From the NCBI GenBank assembly GCA_051294375.1, contig JBJCIZ010000239.1:6219074-6283073 (forward strand): DNA of 64,000 bases. The letters run 5' to 3'. The position numbers were made by a program, and so were the translations under genes. Within the stretch, counting starts at the first letter, position 1, and the number at the start of each line of letters is the position of its first letter. Positions 43,040 through 64,000 of this stretch are shown here, piece by piece. The DNA comes from Paraspadella gotoi. Taxonomy: Eukaryota > Animalia > Chaetognatha. The notes below the pieces were generated by a model. It was not told where the DNA came from and did not search any database. It saw nothing but the letters and a program-made list of their open reading frames with translations.

Positions 43040-43175
43040 ATTAAGCAAAATAGTTTTTAATGTTTTCAGTTTTTAAATCTGTTTAATGCGCTGAATTGCT
43101 TTAATGCATTAAAGCCGAAACATGTACGAATTTAAATAAAAATCGTTGTTGACATTAAAAACTATTTTGCTTAAT
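43040..43175. repeat. Perfect 24-bp inverted repeat (foldback/MITE-like); copy at 27399-27533
   Basis: ATTAAGCAAAATAGTTTTTAATGT ... ACATTAAAAACTATTTTGCTTAAT with a ~88-bp spacer. Confidence 0.8.
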
Positions 43176-43439
43176 CACCTAAAACAACGAAAAGAAAGAT
43201 AAAACACAATATTAAATATATTATATTTATATAAAATATTATTTGTTTCATTTAATAATTAATTCGGCCAATCGTCGATTAATGGATTAATGCCACCGAT
43301 ATATTCGCTTTTGATCGAACGATTCGTCTCAAGTCGACTTTAATAATTATTAATAATTAATAATTGTCTATTAATATAAATTATTTTTCGCCAGATATCA
43401 TGTAAAAAACCCCAACCGTCTTCCAGTAGAATCTCGTGC

Positions 43440-43520
43440 CTTTCGTCCAATCACTGAAAGGCAAAAATCTGCCAATCACAACTCACATTTCCTCTAATCG
43501 ACTGGTTGGCGCCAATCAAA
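43440..43520 (+). promoter_or_regulatory. Three CCAAT (NF-Y-type) boxes upstream of the CXXC host gene
   Basis: gtCCAATCa, tgCCAATCa and cgCCAATCa within ~70 bp, about 700 bp upstream of the ATG at 44225. Confidence 0.45.
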
Positions 43521-44136
43521 GCTCCTATTATAACAAAAATGTTTTTGGCCGCCAAATTAAAATATAAAAAAAACTGTTATTTTAATCGATGGAAATTTTT
43601 CGTTTCGCGAATCAATTTTGAGCTAAAAATAACAACTTTTTTTTGGACGAAAAAAAAGAGGGAAGAAATAAAACTAATGTCATAAATAAAAAACAACAAA
43701 ACAAAAAATTGATAAACTTTAACTAGACAAGAAAAAAACAATTAACTAAAAAAAAAACGGCAGAACGAAGAAACTTAAAAAAAAAAAGAAATCAGAAAAG
43801 AAAAAAAGAATGAATCTCTTTCATTTTTATGTCGGTTAGAAAAAAAAACTGAGACAGAGACAGAGACAGAGACAGAGACAAAAGTAATAAATGAAAAAAA
43901 AAATATAAACAAACAACTACAACGACAAACAATCACTACGACCTGAAAATAAATAAAAGAACGAAATATAAATCCAGGACAAAGTTGAACAATTAAAAAA
44001 AAAAAAAAACTCATCCCGACCGATGAGACTCGAATTGATCTTTTGTTAGAGAGAGAGAGTAGAGAGAGAGAGAGATGAGGGAGAGAGAGAGATGAGAGAG
44101 AGACGAGAAAGTGAGTCAAACTCTTTGAGACTCACG

Positions 44137-44182
<46 letters not shown>

Positions 44183-44224
44183 GGAGAGAAGAGAGAGAGA
44201 CGGAGAGAGAGAGAAGAGAGGACG

Positions 44225-63001
<18,777 letters not shown>

Positions 63002-63806
63002 TCAATAAACCCCCGAACCAAAATTAACTCACGCCCCCCATTTTCAAACTCCCCCCCCCAAGCAAAAAAAAAACAAACAAAAAACCCTAAAGGAATGCGG
63101 TCATATCCGTCTTTCAAGCGAATCCACATATTCGTTATATGAGTCAAAAATGAGATTTGGACGGGAAACGATCCGTTAGTAATTCTTTTTTTCTTTTTTT
63201 TCTTTTTTTTTGTGACTCGGGCGTTTGTTAAGATTTGAGTCACGCATCCCATAATTACGAGGAGAGTCGTTCGGGCAGCGGGACAGAAAAAGAGAACAGA
63301 GAGAGAGAGAGAGATGGAGATTATTACTAGCTTTGCTTTTTTTTCACATTCTAATTTAGTTTTGTTTCCTTGTTTTTTTGTTTTTTAACTTATGTGTTTT
63401 TATATTCTACATCGCGGCGTTGCTTCTAATTTATCGACGTTTTATATTTAATTTACGATGATTCAATTTATCATACTAAACTAAACTAAACCTATAAGTT
63501 GCCAGTATCTTTAAAAAAAACTTGGTTGTATTTCTTCCGAGTTTGAACACGACACCCTCTCAATGCAATACCACTCGGTCAAAGACGCCAACCGCATCAA
63601 TCGTAGTTGCAATTGGTCCATTCCCCCAACACAGAACTCTTCCATCAGGCTAGACGGTCGTAGGATGGCGGATCGGAGCGCTGTTCCTTGTAATCGGGAG
63701 GCGAGTGAATCTCGCCCACTAGAGTAGGCTCCTCCATCAGAACGGAGAAAGACTGGGTGCCGTTGTCGCGGGGACGAGCCCTGATCAGAGTGGAGGGAAG
63801 GGGGTG

Positions 63807-63997
63807 CACTATAAGAGCTTAGTAGGGTGTATGACGGAAAATATCACAGGGCCTCGCTCTCGAGCCAGAACGACTACACTATAAGAGCTTAGTAGGATGG
63901 ATAACAGAAAATATCACAGGGCCTCACTATCAAGCCAGAACTACTACAATATAAGAGCTTAGTAGAGTGAATGACGGAAAATATCACACGGCCTCGG
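63807..63997. repeat. 70-bp tandem repeat, ~2.7 copies, running to the window end
   Basis: ATAAGAGCTTAGTAG recurs at 63811, 63881 and 63951, each followed by ..GAAAATATCAC..GGCCTC. Confidence 0.9.
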
Positions 63998-64000
63998 GGT

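Overview
Eukaryotic draft-assembly window, probably an invertebrate animal: the U2 snRNA is Drosophila/protostome-like, introns are AT-rich and full of microsatellites, and exons are CpG-rich. Most of 1-48,800 is the same ~35 kb locus repeated 2-4 times. The copies restart at 25-N gaps and differ mainly by indels, so they are most likely long-read gap-filling artefacts. Non-redundant content: (i) two minus-strand low-complexity protein genes, one carrying a U2 snRNA gene in an intron; (ii) a plus-strand multi-exon gene (~44,225-63,001) that the ORF track misses and that encodes a TET/IDAX-type CXXC zinc finger; (iii) a 5.25 kb intronless ORF (51,979-57,231) on the same strand, inside the intron just before that CXXC exon, encoding 18 C2H2 fingers, a PHD finger and a second, paralogous CXXC domain. 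This nested or alternative-exon double-CXXC locus is the most interesting element. Also present are TTAGGG-rich inverted-repeat elements in introns, minisatellites and possible SINE/MITE remnants.
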